From positions 26,273 through 90,272 of the forward strand of contig JAUMVD010000001.1 in assembly GCA_030530285.1 (NCBI GenBank): DNA of 64,000 bases. The letters are read 5' to 3'. The DNA is from Bacillota bacterium (GTDB lineage Bacteria > Bacillota > Clostridia > Peptostreptococcales > Anaerovoracaceae). Numbering within the stretch: the first letter of the stretch is position 1; each line of letters starts with the position of its first letter. A model generated the notes under the pieces. That model was given only the letters and a program-made list of their open reading frames with translations. It was not told the DNA's origin and ran no database searches. The position numbers were made by a program, and so were the translations under genes. Below, one piece after another: positions 43,544 to 53,156 of this stretch.

Positions 43544-44929
43544 ATGGGTGAAGTAAAGAAAATCAACCTATCAGTAAGTGGACTATTTGTCATCCTTTTC
43601 GGCAGCGTTTGCGCCGGATGCTTCGGTATGGAAGACATGGTAGGAGAGTCCGGACCTGGACTGACCCTTCTCATGATTCTGCTGGTACCGTGTATCTGGG
43701 CTGTGCCGATCGCACTGTCATGCGCCGAAATGGGGGCGACTTTGCCTGTACAAGGCGGGTACTATATCTGGATCAAGGAAGCACTGGGACCATTCTGGGG
43801 CTACTGCGCCGGATTCTGGAGAACATGGATATGGTACCTCAATGAGGGTATTCTTCTGGTATTATCCATGGAATACGTGGCATCATTCTTCGACTTGAAC
43901 ATGTTTGAGTACCTGCTGGTAGTAGGAGTCATACTGGCTGGTGTCGCGTATGTCAACATCGTTGGCGTCAAAGCGGTAAAATGGGTTTCCATAGCATTCC
44001 TTGTACTCATCATGGTACCGTTCGGACTCCTTGTCATTTTCGGGTTATTCAAAATGCAGTTCAATCCTATGGATCCGTTCTTTAACCCGGCAGACAGCAA
44101 ATCAAACAACATCGCCTATGCGATAGTTCTTGGCGTATGGATGTACGGCGCCTTTGAGGGACCGGCAAGCTATGCCGGAGAAGTCAATAACTTCCAGAAG
44201 ATATTCCCGAAGGCTCTGGCGGTAACGGTATTCGCGATGACGCTTACATACTTCCTGCCGATGCTTGTAGGCTTGTCTGCTATAGGTCAGTGGGAGTTAT
44301 GGGGATTTGCCGGAGGAGATCAGGCGATTACCGTCGTTGAGCTTTGCAACGCTGTTGGCGGACACGCCCTTGGCGTTGCCATGCTGGTATCGGCGATGTG
44401 CTCGAACATTATTCAGGTAAACGATAATATGGCGGCTACGGTAAGAATTCCTGCGATCATCTCACAGGATGGTCTGGCTCCACACTTCTTCCAGAAACTG
44501 AGTAAGAAGTATAAGACACCGACCATATCCATCATATTCACATGCGCGCTGGCATTCCTGCTTCTGCTGTACAATCAGGTTTCAGCGGCGGGATTTGCGG
44601 CACTGATCGAATTCCAGACATTCGTATTCTTCGCGACATATATCATGCTCATGGTAGCGATGATCGCGCTGAGAATCAAACGGCCGGATCTGCCAAGACC
44701 GTATAAGGTACCGCTTCCTACCTGGGGGCTTGTATGCTACGCGATACCTGTAATCGTGATATGCTTCTACTGCATCATTTTCTGCAGCACCTTCGCTAAG
44801 ATCGGGGCGATCGTATTCGGGCTGGGTGCTCCTGTTTCGTATTTCATCTTCAAGAAGATCTACGGAGGAGTTGACGGACCGAATGCCGTAGAGCACTACG
44901 AATTTGGCGACTTGGATGATAGCATGTAA
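43544..44929 (+). CDS. APC-superfamily amino acid/amine permease (paralog 1)
   Basis: 461 aa, about 12 TM segments, SD AGGAGG. Colinear and highly similar to 45140..46510. Confidence 0.8.
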   Translation: MGEVKKINLSVSGLFVILFGSVCAGCFGMEDMVGESGPGLTLLMILLVPCIWAVPIALSCAEMGATLPVQGGYYIWIKEALGPFWGYCAGFWRTWIWYLNEGILLVLSMEYVASFFDLNMFEYLLVVGVILAGVAYVNIVGVKAVKWVSIAFLVLIMVPFGLLVIFGLFKMQFNPMDPFFNPADSKSNNIAYAIVLGVWMYGAFEGPASYAGEVNNFQKIFPKALAVTVFAMTLTYFLPMLVGLSAIGQWELWGFAGGDQAITVVELCNAVGGHALGVAMLVSAMCSNIIQVNDNMAATVRIPAIISQDGLAPHFFQKLSKKYKTPTISIIFTCALAFLLLLYNQVSAAGFAALIEFQTFVFFATYIMLMVAMIALRIKRPDLPRPYKVPLPTWGLVCYAIPVIVICFYCIIFCSTFAKIGAIVFGLGAPVSYFIFKKIYGGVDGPNAVEHYEFGDLDDSM

Positions 44930-44983
44930 TCAACGGCAGCAATAGAACATACCCGGACAGGAAATGAATTAGAAAAGATAAAG

Positions 44984-45019
44984 GATGTCTCATCATGAAT
45001 GAATGATGGGACATCTTTT
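44984..45019 (+). terminator. rho-independent terminator
   Basis: GATGTCTCATCAT-GAATGA-ATGATGGGACATC (1 mismatch) followed by TTTT. Confidence 0.65.
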
Positions 45020-45025
45020 CTAATA

Positions 45026-45065
45026 GCAAAGAAATTGAATTTCGTTGCAAACTAGTTATAGAAAG
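45026..45065 (+). promoter_or_regulatory. conserved 40-nt element, copy C (upstream of APC permease 2)
   Basis: GCAAAGAAATTGAATTTCGTTGCAAACTAGTTATAGAAAG. Confidence 0.6.
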
Positions 45066-45139
45066 AGTGCTTGTTAATAAGTTATCATAATTGTAGGAAT
45101 TATTTGACTATTTTAAAAAAACAAGAAAAGGAGGTTACA

Positions 45140-46510
45140 ATGGAAGGCAACTTCAAAAAAATGGACATGAAAGTCCGAACCTTATTTGTAATCCTTTTTG
45201 CCAGCGTATGCGCCGGTTGTTTTGGTATGGAGGATATGCCTGGTGCGTCCGGTCCCGGACTTACTTTGGTGATGATCCTGGTAGTTCCTATTATATGGGC
45301 GGTACCGATCGCACTGGCATGCGCAGAGATGGGAGCTACGCTTCCTGTTCAGGGCGGTTATTACATGTGGGTCAGAGAAGCGTTGGGACCGTTCTGGGGT
45401 TACTGTGCCGGATTCTGGCGAACCTGGATTTGGTATCTGAACGAAGGTATCCTGCTCGTACTTGGTCTTGATTATATGGTAGGATTCTTCCACATGAACA
45501 GAGTCATGTACTTAATCGTTGCGGCAATCATTATGGCTCTTATTGCCTGGGTAAATATCATCGGACTGAAAGCAGTCAGCTGGGTATCGGTCGTATTTCT
45601 GATCATGATCATGGTACCGTTTGGATTACTTGTAGTTATTGGCGTATTCCAGATGGATACGAATCCTATGACACCGTTCTTTAATCCGCACGAGAGCGTA
45701 AGTAACGATATCGCATACGCGATCGTCCTTGGTGTCTGGATGTACGGAGCGTTCGAGGGACCTGCAAGTTATGCAGGAGAAGTAAACAACTTCCAGAAGA
45801 TCTTCCCTAAGGCATTGGCACTCACCGTATTTCTGATGACCCTCACGTACTTCCTTCCTATGCTGGTAGGACTTGCGGCTGTAGGCGAATGGGAGTCATG
45901 GAGCTGCTCCGGAGCTGAAGGAGCGATTGATATCGTAGTAGTATGTAATAAGGTTGGCGGCCATGCCCTCGGACTTGCGATGGTTATTTCGGCCATGTTC
46001 TCCAACATCATCATGTGCAGCGATAATATGGCGGCTACGGTAAGAATTCCTGCAATCATCTCCGAAGACGGCCTGGCGCCTAAATTCTTCAGGCACCTGC
46101 ACAAGAAATACAAAACTCCGTCATATTCCATCATCTTCACTTGCCTGCTGTCCTATGCGGTAATATGCTACGGCAAGTTTGACGCGCTGATCGAATTCCA
46201 GACATTTGTATTCTTCTCGACGTATATCATGCTGATGATCGCGCTGATCGCGCTCAGAGTCAAACGGCCTGAATTGCCGAGACCGTACAAGGCGCCGCTT
46301 CCAACGTGGGGACTTGTATGCTACGCGATACCGGTCATCATCATATGCTTCTACTGCATCATCTTCTGTTCCACTGCGGCTAAGGTGGGAGCGATGATAT
46401 TCGGATTCGGAGCGCCTGTATCGTATTTCATCTTCAAGAAGATTTACGGAGGAATCGATGGACCGAATGCGGTGCCTCATGATTTCTCAAATGACAGCCA
46501 CGAAATGTAA
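45140..46510 (+). CDS. APC-superfamily amino acid/amine permease (paralog 2)
   Basis: Trimmed to the ATG at 45140, which follows AAAGGAGG. 456 aa. Confidence 0.8.
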   Translation: MEGNFKKMDMKVRTLFVILFASVCAGCFGMEDMPGASGPGLTLVMILVVPIIWAVPIALACAEMGATLPVQGGYYMWVREALGPFWGYCAGFWRTWIWYLNEGILLVLGLDYMVGFFHMNRVMYLIVAAIIMALIAWVNIIGLKAVSWVSVVFLIMIMVPFGLLVVIGVFQMDTNPMTPFFNPHESVSNDIAYAIVLGVWMYGAFEGPASYAGEVNNFQKIFPKALALTVFLMTLTYFLPMLVGLAAVGEWESWSCSGAEGAIDIVVVCNKVGGHALGLAMVISAMFSNIIMCSDNMAATVRIPAIISEDGLAPKFFRHLHKKYKTPSYSIIFTCLLSYAVICYGKFDALIEFQTFVFFSTYIMLMIALIALRVKRPELPRPYKAPLPTWGLVCYAIPVIIICFYCIIFCSTAAKVGAMIFGFGAPVSYFIFKKIYGGIDGPNAVPHDFSNDSHEM

Positions 46511-46530
46511 TGAAGTCATTGATTGATGAA

Positions 46531-46558
46531 GGGCGCCGCTTGAAGCGGCGCCTCTTTT
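46531..46558 (+). terminator. rho-independent terminator
   Basis: GGCGCCGCT-TGA-AGCGGCGCC followed by TCTTTT. Confidence 0.7.
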
Positions 46559-46571
46559 GCTGCACCAAATA

Positions 46572-46601
46572 TTGACAATTGCAGATGCAAAGTCTTACAA
46601 T
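46572..46601 (+). promoter_or_regulatory. sigma-70 promoter (TTGACA-18-TACAAT) ending 7 nt before the GT2 start codon
   Basis: TTGACA at 46572-77 and TACAAT at 46596-601. Confidence 0.5.
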
Positions 46602-46608
46602 ATTTCTG

Positions 46609-47613
46609 ATGAACAGTAAACGCGTAGATATCATCGTTCCCTGCTACAATGAGGAACCCAATATTGAAGCTTTTTTTGAAAACGTCCAGGCTGTATCCGC
46701 GAAGATTTCAGAAGACGCGGGTTTCATGAACAGCTATGATTTTAGTTACATTTTCGTAGACGACGGCAGCACGGACGGAACGTTGGAGCAGATCAAACTG
46801 GTGGCCGAAAGGGGAGTAGAAGACCTCACCGCCGTCAAGTACATCTCGTTCAGCAGGAACTTCGGCAAAGAAGCTGCCATGTTCGCCGGAATCAAGGCTT
46901 CGGCATCCGGACCGGAGGGCGGAACGCCCAGCGATCTGGCCATCATCATGGACGCGGATCTGCAGCATCCGCCGGAACTCATCATAGAGATGCTGAAGAA
47001 GATGGAGGAGACCGGATGCGACACGGTGGCGGCAAGACGCGTTACCAGGAAGGGCGAACCGAGGATCCGCAGCGCCTTTGCCAGACTGTTCTATAAGATC
47101 ATGAATAAATACTGCGAAATCGAGATCGCCGACGGAGCGGTGGATTTCAGACTCATGAACCACGCCATGGTGAAGGCTGTGGCCGCTATGCCGGAGACCC
47201 AGAGATTCAGCAAAGGCATCTTCGCCTGGGTAGGCTTTGACACCCAGTGGGTCGAGTTTCAGAATGTGAAGCGCCTGTCGGGTGAAAGCAAGTGGTCGGT
47301 ATGGAAACTGACAAAGTACGCCATTGACGGATTCATCGATTTCGCCGATTCACCGCTGAAATTCGTTGGAGCCTTTGGCGGAGTGATCGCCGCGGGCTCG
47401 GCCATATATCTGATCGTCGAGATCATCAAAGTCCTGATCATGGGCAAGGATACCCCGGGTTACGCGTCCACCATATGTCTGATCCTCTTCTTCGGAGGCA
47501 TGATCATCGCCATACTGGGGCTGATCGGAGAGTATATCGGCAGGATGTACATGGAGACCAAACGGCGCCCGGTGTACATCAAGAAGGACAGCAACATAGA
47601 AGAAGATAAATAA
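46609..47613 (+). CDS. GT2-family polyprenol-phosphate glycosyltransferase (CsbB/GtrB-like) with C-terminal TM helices
   Basis: VDIIVPCYNEE, VDDGSTDGT, SRNFGKEAA, DADLQHPPE. Confidence 0.8.
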   Translation: MNSKRVDIIVPCYNEEPNIEAFFENVQAVSAKISEDAGFMNSYDFSYIFVDDGSTDGTLEQIKLVAERGVEDLTAVKYISFSRNFGKEAAMFAGIKASASGPEGGTPSDLAIIMDADLQHPPELIIEMLKKMEETGCDTVAARRVTRKGEPRIRSAFARLFYKIMNKYCEIEIADGAVDFRLMNHAMVKAVAAMPETQRFSKGIFAWVGFDTQWVEFQNVKRLSGESKWSVWKLTKYAIDGFIDFADSPLKFVGAFGGVIAAGSAIYLIVEIIKVLIMGKDTPGYASTICLILFFGGMIIAILGLIGEYIGRMYMETKRRPVYIKKDSNIEEDK

Positions 47614-47628
47614 TGAAGATAAACCGTA

Positions 47629-50238
47629 ATGAAAAAATCGCTTAAGAAATTCCTTGTCAATAACAGATTCGCTTTCGCAGCATTCTTTTTGCCGGTGCTT
47701 ATATTAGTACTGGCTTTTGCTGTTACGGGCATCTATCCGTTTGGGGACAGCCAGATTGCGATCATCGACATGTACCATCAGTACGTGCCGTTCTTAAGCG
47801 AACTGCAGCACAAACTCCAGACAGGCGGAAGTCTGTTTTACACCTGGAACGGCGCCAGCGGCAGCAATTTCTGGTGTCTGTTGGCGTACTACGGAGCCAG
47901 CCCGCTGAACCTGCTTCTGGTCCTGTTCCCGGCAAAGTATATTATGGAAGGCATCACCACGGTGCTCCTGATCAAACTGGGACTGGCGGGCAGTTTCATG
48001 TACATCTATCTCAGCAAAGTCCAGTACACCGCGCCTCTCAGCAGGAGAGCGGCGAATTGGCAGTGCGTGGGGTTTTCCTGCATGTATGCGCTCAGCTCCT
48101 ATGTGATGGGCTACTTCTGGTGCATTATGTGGATGGATGCGGTCATGCTCCTGCCGCTGTGCATCCTGGGACTGAACCGGCTCATCGAAGGCAGAAACCC
48201 GGCCCTGTACATCATCACACTGGCGCTGATCATTATCTGCAACTACTACATCGGCATCATCGTATGCATCTTTATCACGGTATATTATCCGGTTCTTTAC
48301 TTTATCAAGACCAGGGGTGACGGTGCAAAAGCCTGCGCCCTGACCACCATAAAAGCCGTCATCTGTTCGGTGATGGGCGTGGCCATATCCGCATTCATAC
48401 TGCTGCCGACCTACATCAGCATGCAGTCGACATACTACATCTCTTCGGAGCTTCCTGAGGATATGCTTCTGTACAATGATCCTCTGGACATCCTGAATCA
48501 GCTGCTGCCGGCTTCGCAGCTGACCTTCAGGGAAGGATTGCCGAATCTTTACTGCGGCATGCTGAGCGCGATCCTCCTGGCGGTCTTTATCGTAAACAGG
48601 AGAATTCCGCTTAAGGAGAAGCTGCTCAACGGCGCGCTTCTGGTGTTCATGTTCTTCAGTCTGAATGTCAATGTGCTGAACTTTATGTGGCACGGTTTTC
48701 ATTTCCCGAATCAGCTGCCGTTTAGGTTCTCTTTCGTGGTATGCTTCCTTCTGGTGGGCATAGCGTGCAGGAGCCTGTCCCGGATCAATGGAATCGGCAC
48801 CAGGGTTCTGACCGCCATTTTGGCTGCGGGATGCGCATACTATCTCATCGTGCCGAAGCTCATCACGGACAAACTGGATGATACGAATGTATTCTTTTAC
48901 CTGGGCATCGCGCTTCTGGCGGCCTACTGCATCCTGATTATCGTATACAGAAACGGCAGGATAGGAGCCATGGCCTTCAGCCTGATCCTGGTGCTGTTTG
49001 TCGCGGGAGAATTTTCTCTGAATACGATTTCGTCCTTCGAAAAAACCGGCAACACCACCAGGTCTACGTATTTCGAAAATATCGAGGGGATCGAAAACCT
49101 GGCGAAGCAGCTGGAGTCGAAGCCTTTTGCCAGGGCTGAGATCAATGAAGGATACACGCTGAACAGTCCGGCCCTGTATCACTACAAGGGTGTATCGCAA
49201 TTTTCATCATCCATCAGCGCGGCCTACACCGGGTGTATGGAGAAGATAGGGCTGGAAGGAACCCCGGCCAAAAACAGAGCCAATTACAACATGACCGATC
49301 CGGTCACCAACGCTCTGCTGAACATCAGATATATTATCACCAAAGACGGTCCGGCAGATGATGATGATCTGACACAAGTCGGCCAGTCCGGCTACTCCCG
49401 TCTGTACGAGAACAAGTATCCGTTATCCGTCGGATATGTGCTGCCGGATAATATTCACCTTTATGATCCGTACAGCCTGGATCCGTTCACGAATCTGGAC
49501 GAGTATGTCGGATACGCGACGGACGGCAAGGTCAATGAAGTCTTCGACCGCGTGTACGATTATACGATCAACGCATCGGAAATGACAGCCACGGATGACG
49601 GGTTCGGTGAAATCGATACGACGGTAGACAGCACCGCGGCGCAGGGAGACGTGGATATCACGTATACCGCGGATAAAACATGCAAGTATTATGTTTTCGT
49701 GGAAGCGGATAACGCGGAAGCCATCACCATAGAGAGGGAAGACGACACGAAGAGTATCGACGTCGAGGAAGACAGCGGATCCATCATCAATATCGGAGAG
49801 CTGGAAGAGGGCGAGACATTTACCGTAGCCGTACTGTTCGAGACGGGCTGCGAAGGCAGCATCTCAAGCTATGTCAGCACCATTGACCAGAAGGCGTGGG
49901 ATGAAGCTTACGGATACATGTCTCAAAACCTCATGGACGTAACGGACTATAGCGACAGGAGCATCAAAGGCACCGTAACTGCGGATCAGGACGGCGTGCT
50001 GGTCCTCTCGATTCCTGCCGACAAAGGCTGGAGTCTTACCGTGGATGGTCAGGAGAGAAGCACGTCAAACAAGATCGGAGATCTGTGGATGTCCACATCC
50101 CTCACTGCCGGGCATCATGACATCGAATTGAAATTCACGCCGCCGGGCATCAGACTTGGGTTCATCATATCCATTCTGGCGATACTGGCGCTGGCAGCCA
50201 TCTGTGTCAGGCGCGCCAGACGTCCACAAGACCGCTGA
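47629..50238 (+). CDS. YfhO-family polytopic membrane glycosyltransferase
   Basis: 869 aa, many TM segments. N-terminal GIYPFGDSQIAIIDMYHQYVPFLSEL is typical of YfhO. Paired with the GT2 gene. Confidence 0.75.
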   Translation: MKKSLKKFLVNNRFAFAAFFLPVLILVLAFAVTGIYPFGDSQIAIIDMYHQYVPFLSELQHKLQTGGSLFYTWNGASGSNFWCLLAYYGASPLNLLLVLFPAKYIMEGITTVLLIKLGLAGSFMYIYLSKVQYTAPLSRRAANWQCVGFSCMYALSSYVMGYFWCIMWMDAVMLLPLCILGLNRLIEGRNPALYIITLALIIICNYYIGIIVCIFITVYYPVLYFIKTRGDGAKACALTTIKAVICSVMGVAISAFILLPTYISMQSTYYISSELPEDMLLYNDPLDILNQLLPASQLTFREGLPNLYCGMLSAILLAVFIVNRRIPLKEKLLNGALLVFMFFSLNVNVLNFMWHGFHFPNQLPFRFSFVVCFLLVGIACRSLSRINGIGTRVLTAILAAGCAYYLIVPKLITDKLDDTNVFFYLGIALLAAYCILIIVYRNGRIGAMAFSLILVLFVAGEFSLNTISSFEKTGNTTRSTYFENIEGIENLAKQLESKPFARAEINEGYTLNSPALYHYKGVSQFSSSISAAYTGCMEKIGLEGTPAKNRANYNMTDPVTNALLNIRYIITKDGPADDDDLTQVGQSGYSRLYENKYPLSVGYVLPDNIHLYDPYSLDPFTNLDEYVGYATDGKVNEVFDRVYDYTINASEMTATDDGFGEIDTTVDSTAAQGDVDITYTADKTCKYYVFVEADNAEAITIEREDDTKSIDVEEDSGSIINIGELEEGETFTVAVLFETGCEGSISSYVSTIDQKAWDEAYGYMSQNLMDVTDYSDRSIKGTVTADQDGVLVLSIPADKGWSLTVDGQERSTSNKIGDLWMSTSLTAGHHDIELKFTPPGIRLGFIISILAILALAAICVRRARRPQDR

Positions 50239-51613
50239 TGACGGTATCGATGCTTTTTAGCGGGATCTGGTTATAATAAAAGATCAAATTGGTTTCATAT
50301 CCGTCACCAGACGGAAAGCTGTCCAGAACTACAGAGGGAAGTCCGGAAGACAGGGCTTCCTTTTTTAATGTGTCCCCGTCTTTCGGAGAGCGGATGTGCA
50401 ATATGATATTGATTCCCGAAGCCGTATCAGTGACGTTGACGAAGTCGGGAGCCTTTCGCTGGAAGGCTTCCGTGACGCGGCTGAGCTTGCCGGAGTAGAG
50501 CTTTCGCAGCTTTTTGATATGCGTCTGATAGTAGCCGGTCTCCATAAACATAGCCAGAGTGAGCTGCTCCGTTTTGGAACAGGTCTGGGAATAATCCGAT
50601 ACGATGGACGCGAAGATGCGGGCGATGGTTTCCGGCAGCACCATGTAGCTGATCTTGACGGCGGCAAACAGGGTGCTGGAGAAGGACCCCAGATAAATCA
50701 CCCGTTCATTTCTGTCCAGGCTTTTGAGGGCGGGAATCGGCCTGCCGAAATACCGAAGCTCGCTGTCGTAATCGTCCTCGATGATGAAACTGTCATTGGC
50801 CTGCGCCCAGGATAAAAGCTGATACCTGCGGCCTACCGGCATGACAGATCCGGTAAACGCGTTGTTGGATGGACTGACGTAGGCCGCGGCTCTGATGTTA
50901 GCCGGAAGCTTCTCTATGACCAGTCCGTCCGCAGCCACCTTGACGGGACTGATGGCAAAGCCTCTGTCTCTGAAGGTGTTCCTGACCGGAAGGTATCCCG
51001 GATCCTCCAGAGCGACGTGATCGATGGACAGCTTGCGCAAAAGCGTCGCCAGCTGGTTGGTGATCTGCTGCGTGCCGGCACCGATGACGATCTGTTCCGG
51101 GTTGCAGGTTACGCCTCTGGACATGTACAGATATTTGGAGATCTCGGTCCTGAGGCCGCGTTCCCCCTGCGGGTCTCCTTCAAACAGCAGGGCAGGAGAA
51201 AATTCCGTCAGTATCTTGTTCATGCATTTCTTCCATTTATTGAAATCAAAGCACTCGGCGTCATACTGCATTTGCGGCGTGTCCGAATCGATGGCGTCCT
51301 CCAGAGAAGGAACGTTTTGCCCTAAAAATCCACTGTCAGTATGTACAGTTCCCTCTCCCTTCGAAAAGATCCGGCTCACATAATACCCGGATTGGGCTTT
51401 GCTGTAGATGTAGCCTTCCACAAGGAGCTGGTTATATGCCTGCTCGATGGTGGTGATGCTGAGACCCGTTGATTTTGCTAGATTCCTGAGGGAGGGGAGT
51501 TTCTCTCCTTCCGCGATATCCCCCGTCATGATGGAATGTTTGATGTGATCATATAACTGTATATAGTATGGACTCCTGCGTGAATCGTCAAAGACCGGAA
51601 GGATGGCTTTCAT
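50207..51613 (-). CDS. MocR-family regulator (GntR wHTH + class-I aminotransferase-like domain)
   Basis: PSLRNLAKSTGLSITTIEQAYNQLLVEGYI, then the AAT-like domain EDDYDSELRY ... YLGSFSSTLFAAVKISYMVLP. Confidence 0.8.
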   Translation of the reverse strand: MKAILPVFDDSRRSPYYIQLYDHIKHSIMTGDIAEGEKLPSLRNLAKSTGLSITTIEQAYNQLLVEGYIYSKAQSGYYVSRIFSKGEGTVHTDSGFLGQNVPSLEDAIDSDTPQMQYDAECFDFNKWKKCMNKILTEFSPALLFEGDPQGERGLRTEISKYLYMSRGVTCNPEQIVIGAGTQQITNQLATLLRKLSIDHVALEDPGYLPVRNTFRDRGFAISPVKVAADGLVIEKLPANIRAAAYVSPSNNAFTGSVMPVGRRYQLLSWAQANDSFIIEDDYDSELRYFGRPIPALKSLDRNERVIYLGSFSSTLFAAVKISYMVLPETIARIFASIVSDYSQTCSKTEQLTLAMFMETGYYQTHIKKLRKLYSGKLSRVTEAFQRKAPDFVNVTDTASGINIILHIRSPKDGDTLKKEALSSGLPSVVLDSFPSGDGYETNLIFYYNQIPLKSIDTVISGLVDVWRA

Positions 51614-51729
51614 GGCATAATCTCCTAACTGTACCTATAGAAAAAAATATTTTTGTCTATTTAATAATATACAATATTCCTTTAATATAGTATACAGCAA
51701 ACAGAATCACTTGAAAAGAGGAGGTAAAA

Positions 51730-52293
51730 ATGCAAACAAATCTTGTAACCTCAAAGACATCCAAGTTGGTGATGACTGCTATGATGATGTGTATGATCAT
51801 GGTAGCCATTTTCCTGTTCAGGATACCGATCCCGTTTACGCAAGGGTACGTAAACCTGAGCGATGCCATTATTTTCATAGGGATACTCGTGCTTGGATGG
51901 AAATATGGAATGATCGCGGCGGCCCTGGGCAGCATGCTGGGCGATATCATCGGCGGGTTTGCCATGTGGGCTCCATGGACGCTGGGCATCAAAGCCGGGA
52001 TGGCGATCATTGCGGGAACGCTGATCTGCGGCCTTTGCAAGAAAGAAGGCATATCGGACAGAACGTTTGTCGTTCTCGAAATCCTTTCCATGGTGGCAGG
52101 CGGATTATTTATGGTGTTTGGCTACTATATCGGAGAAGGCGTTATGTACGGCAGCTGGGCTGTAGCAGCCCTTGGCGTGCCTTGGAACATTTGTCAGTTC
52201 TCCGTGGGCATCGCCCTCTGTCTGGTGCTCACAGAACCCCTGAAAAAAACATCCTTCAGAAAGTTCTTTACCTACAAGAAACGATCACATTGA
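51730..52293 (+). CDS. ECF transporter S (substrate-capture) component; substrate unknown
   Basis: 187 aa, about 6 TM segments, SD AGAGGAGG. It lies upstream of ecfA1A2T and divergent from the MocR gene. Confidence 0.6.
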   Translation: MQTNLVTSKTSKLVMTAMMMCMIMVAIFLFRIPIPFTQGYVNLSDAIIFIGILVLGWKYGMIAAALGSMLGDIIGGFAMWAPWTLGIKAGMAIIAGTLICGLCKKEGISDRTFVVLEILSMVAGGLFMVFGYYIGEGVMYGSWAVAALGVPWNICQFSVGIALCLVLTEPLKKTSFRKFFTYKKRSH

Positions 52294-52349
52294 AGTGATA
52301 TCATCACTCGAAACGAGAGGGGTAAAAACTCTGGGGGAGGTATTTAAGC

Positions 52350-53156
52350 ATGAAAGATATGAAAGTGAAAGGAATCGAGCTGACCTGCGGCAGACCAAAG
52401 GTAGCCGTTCCGCTGACGGGGCAGACGCAGGAAGAAATCATCAAGCAGTGCCAGGCGGCAATTGAATCCCACGCCGATATACTGGAGTGGCGCGCGGATT
52501 ATTTCCTGAGCGGCATAGAGAACCTGGAAGAAAAATTAAACGAAGACAGTGTACATATACAGATCATCCGTATCCTCGACGACATCGATTATGTCACCGG
52601 CGGCATGCCGGTGATCTTCACCATAAGGAGCAAAAGCCAGGGCGGCAGGATAGCGCTGGAGCGAAAGCACATAGATGACCTTTCGAGTCTGGCGGCGCAG
52701 TCGCAGCTGGCTGCTTTTGTGGATGTGGAGATTTTTGATGAAAACGGCAAACTGGACAGCGTAAGTCTCACGGAGCACGTCAACGAGCTGCACAGCTTCG
52801 GGTGCAAGGTCATCATGTCGTATCACGATTTCAAGTCCATGCCAAAGGCAGAAGAAATCGCGAATCTGGTCAACACCATGAGGGATCTGGACGCGGATAT
52901 CCCGAAGGTGGCAGGCTATGCCCACACGAAAAAGGATGCCGTGAACATGGTCAAGATCTCACAGATCCTGACCCAGGGCGATAATGGACCGGTCATACTT
53001 GTGGGAATGGGCAAAAATGGTATAATAACGAGGATATTCGGCGGACAGTACGGATCCGTCATCACCTTTGCTTCAGCGGGAGAAGCATCTGCTCCCGGGC
53101 AGATCGACGCGAAGACAATCAACAGACTGCTGGATGAGTTTTACGTTAAACAATGA
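52350..53156 (+). CDS. aroD: type I 3-dehydroquinate dehydratase
   Basis: [23 protein letters not shown] (catalytic His), IPKVAG (Schiff-base Lys). Confidence 0.8.
   Translation: MKDMKVKGIELTCGRPKVAVPLTGQTQEEIIKQCQAAIESHADILEWRADYFLSGIENLEEKLNEDSVHIQIIRILDDIDYVTGGMPVIFTIRSKSQGGRIALERKHIDDLSSLAAQSQLAAFVDVEIFDENGKLDSVSLTEHVNELHSFGCKVIMSYHDFKSMPKAEEIANLVNTMRDLDADIPKVAGYAHTKKDAVNMVKISQILTQGDNGPVILVGMGKNGIITRIFGGQYGSVITFASAGEASAPGQIDAKTINRLLDEFYVKQ

Noticed and set aside
51629-51697. CTGTACCTATAG / TATAGTATACAG as an inverted-repeat operator for the MocR regulator.
   Set aside because: The arms only match with an indel and several mismatches in a very AT-rich spacer. That is not distinguishable from chance by eye.
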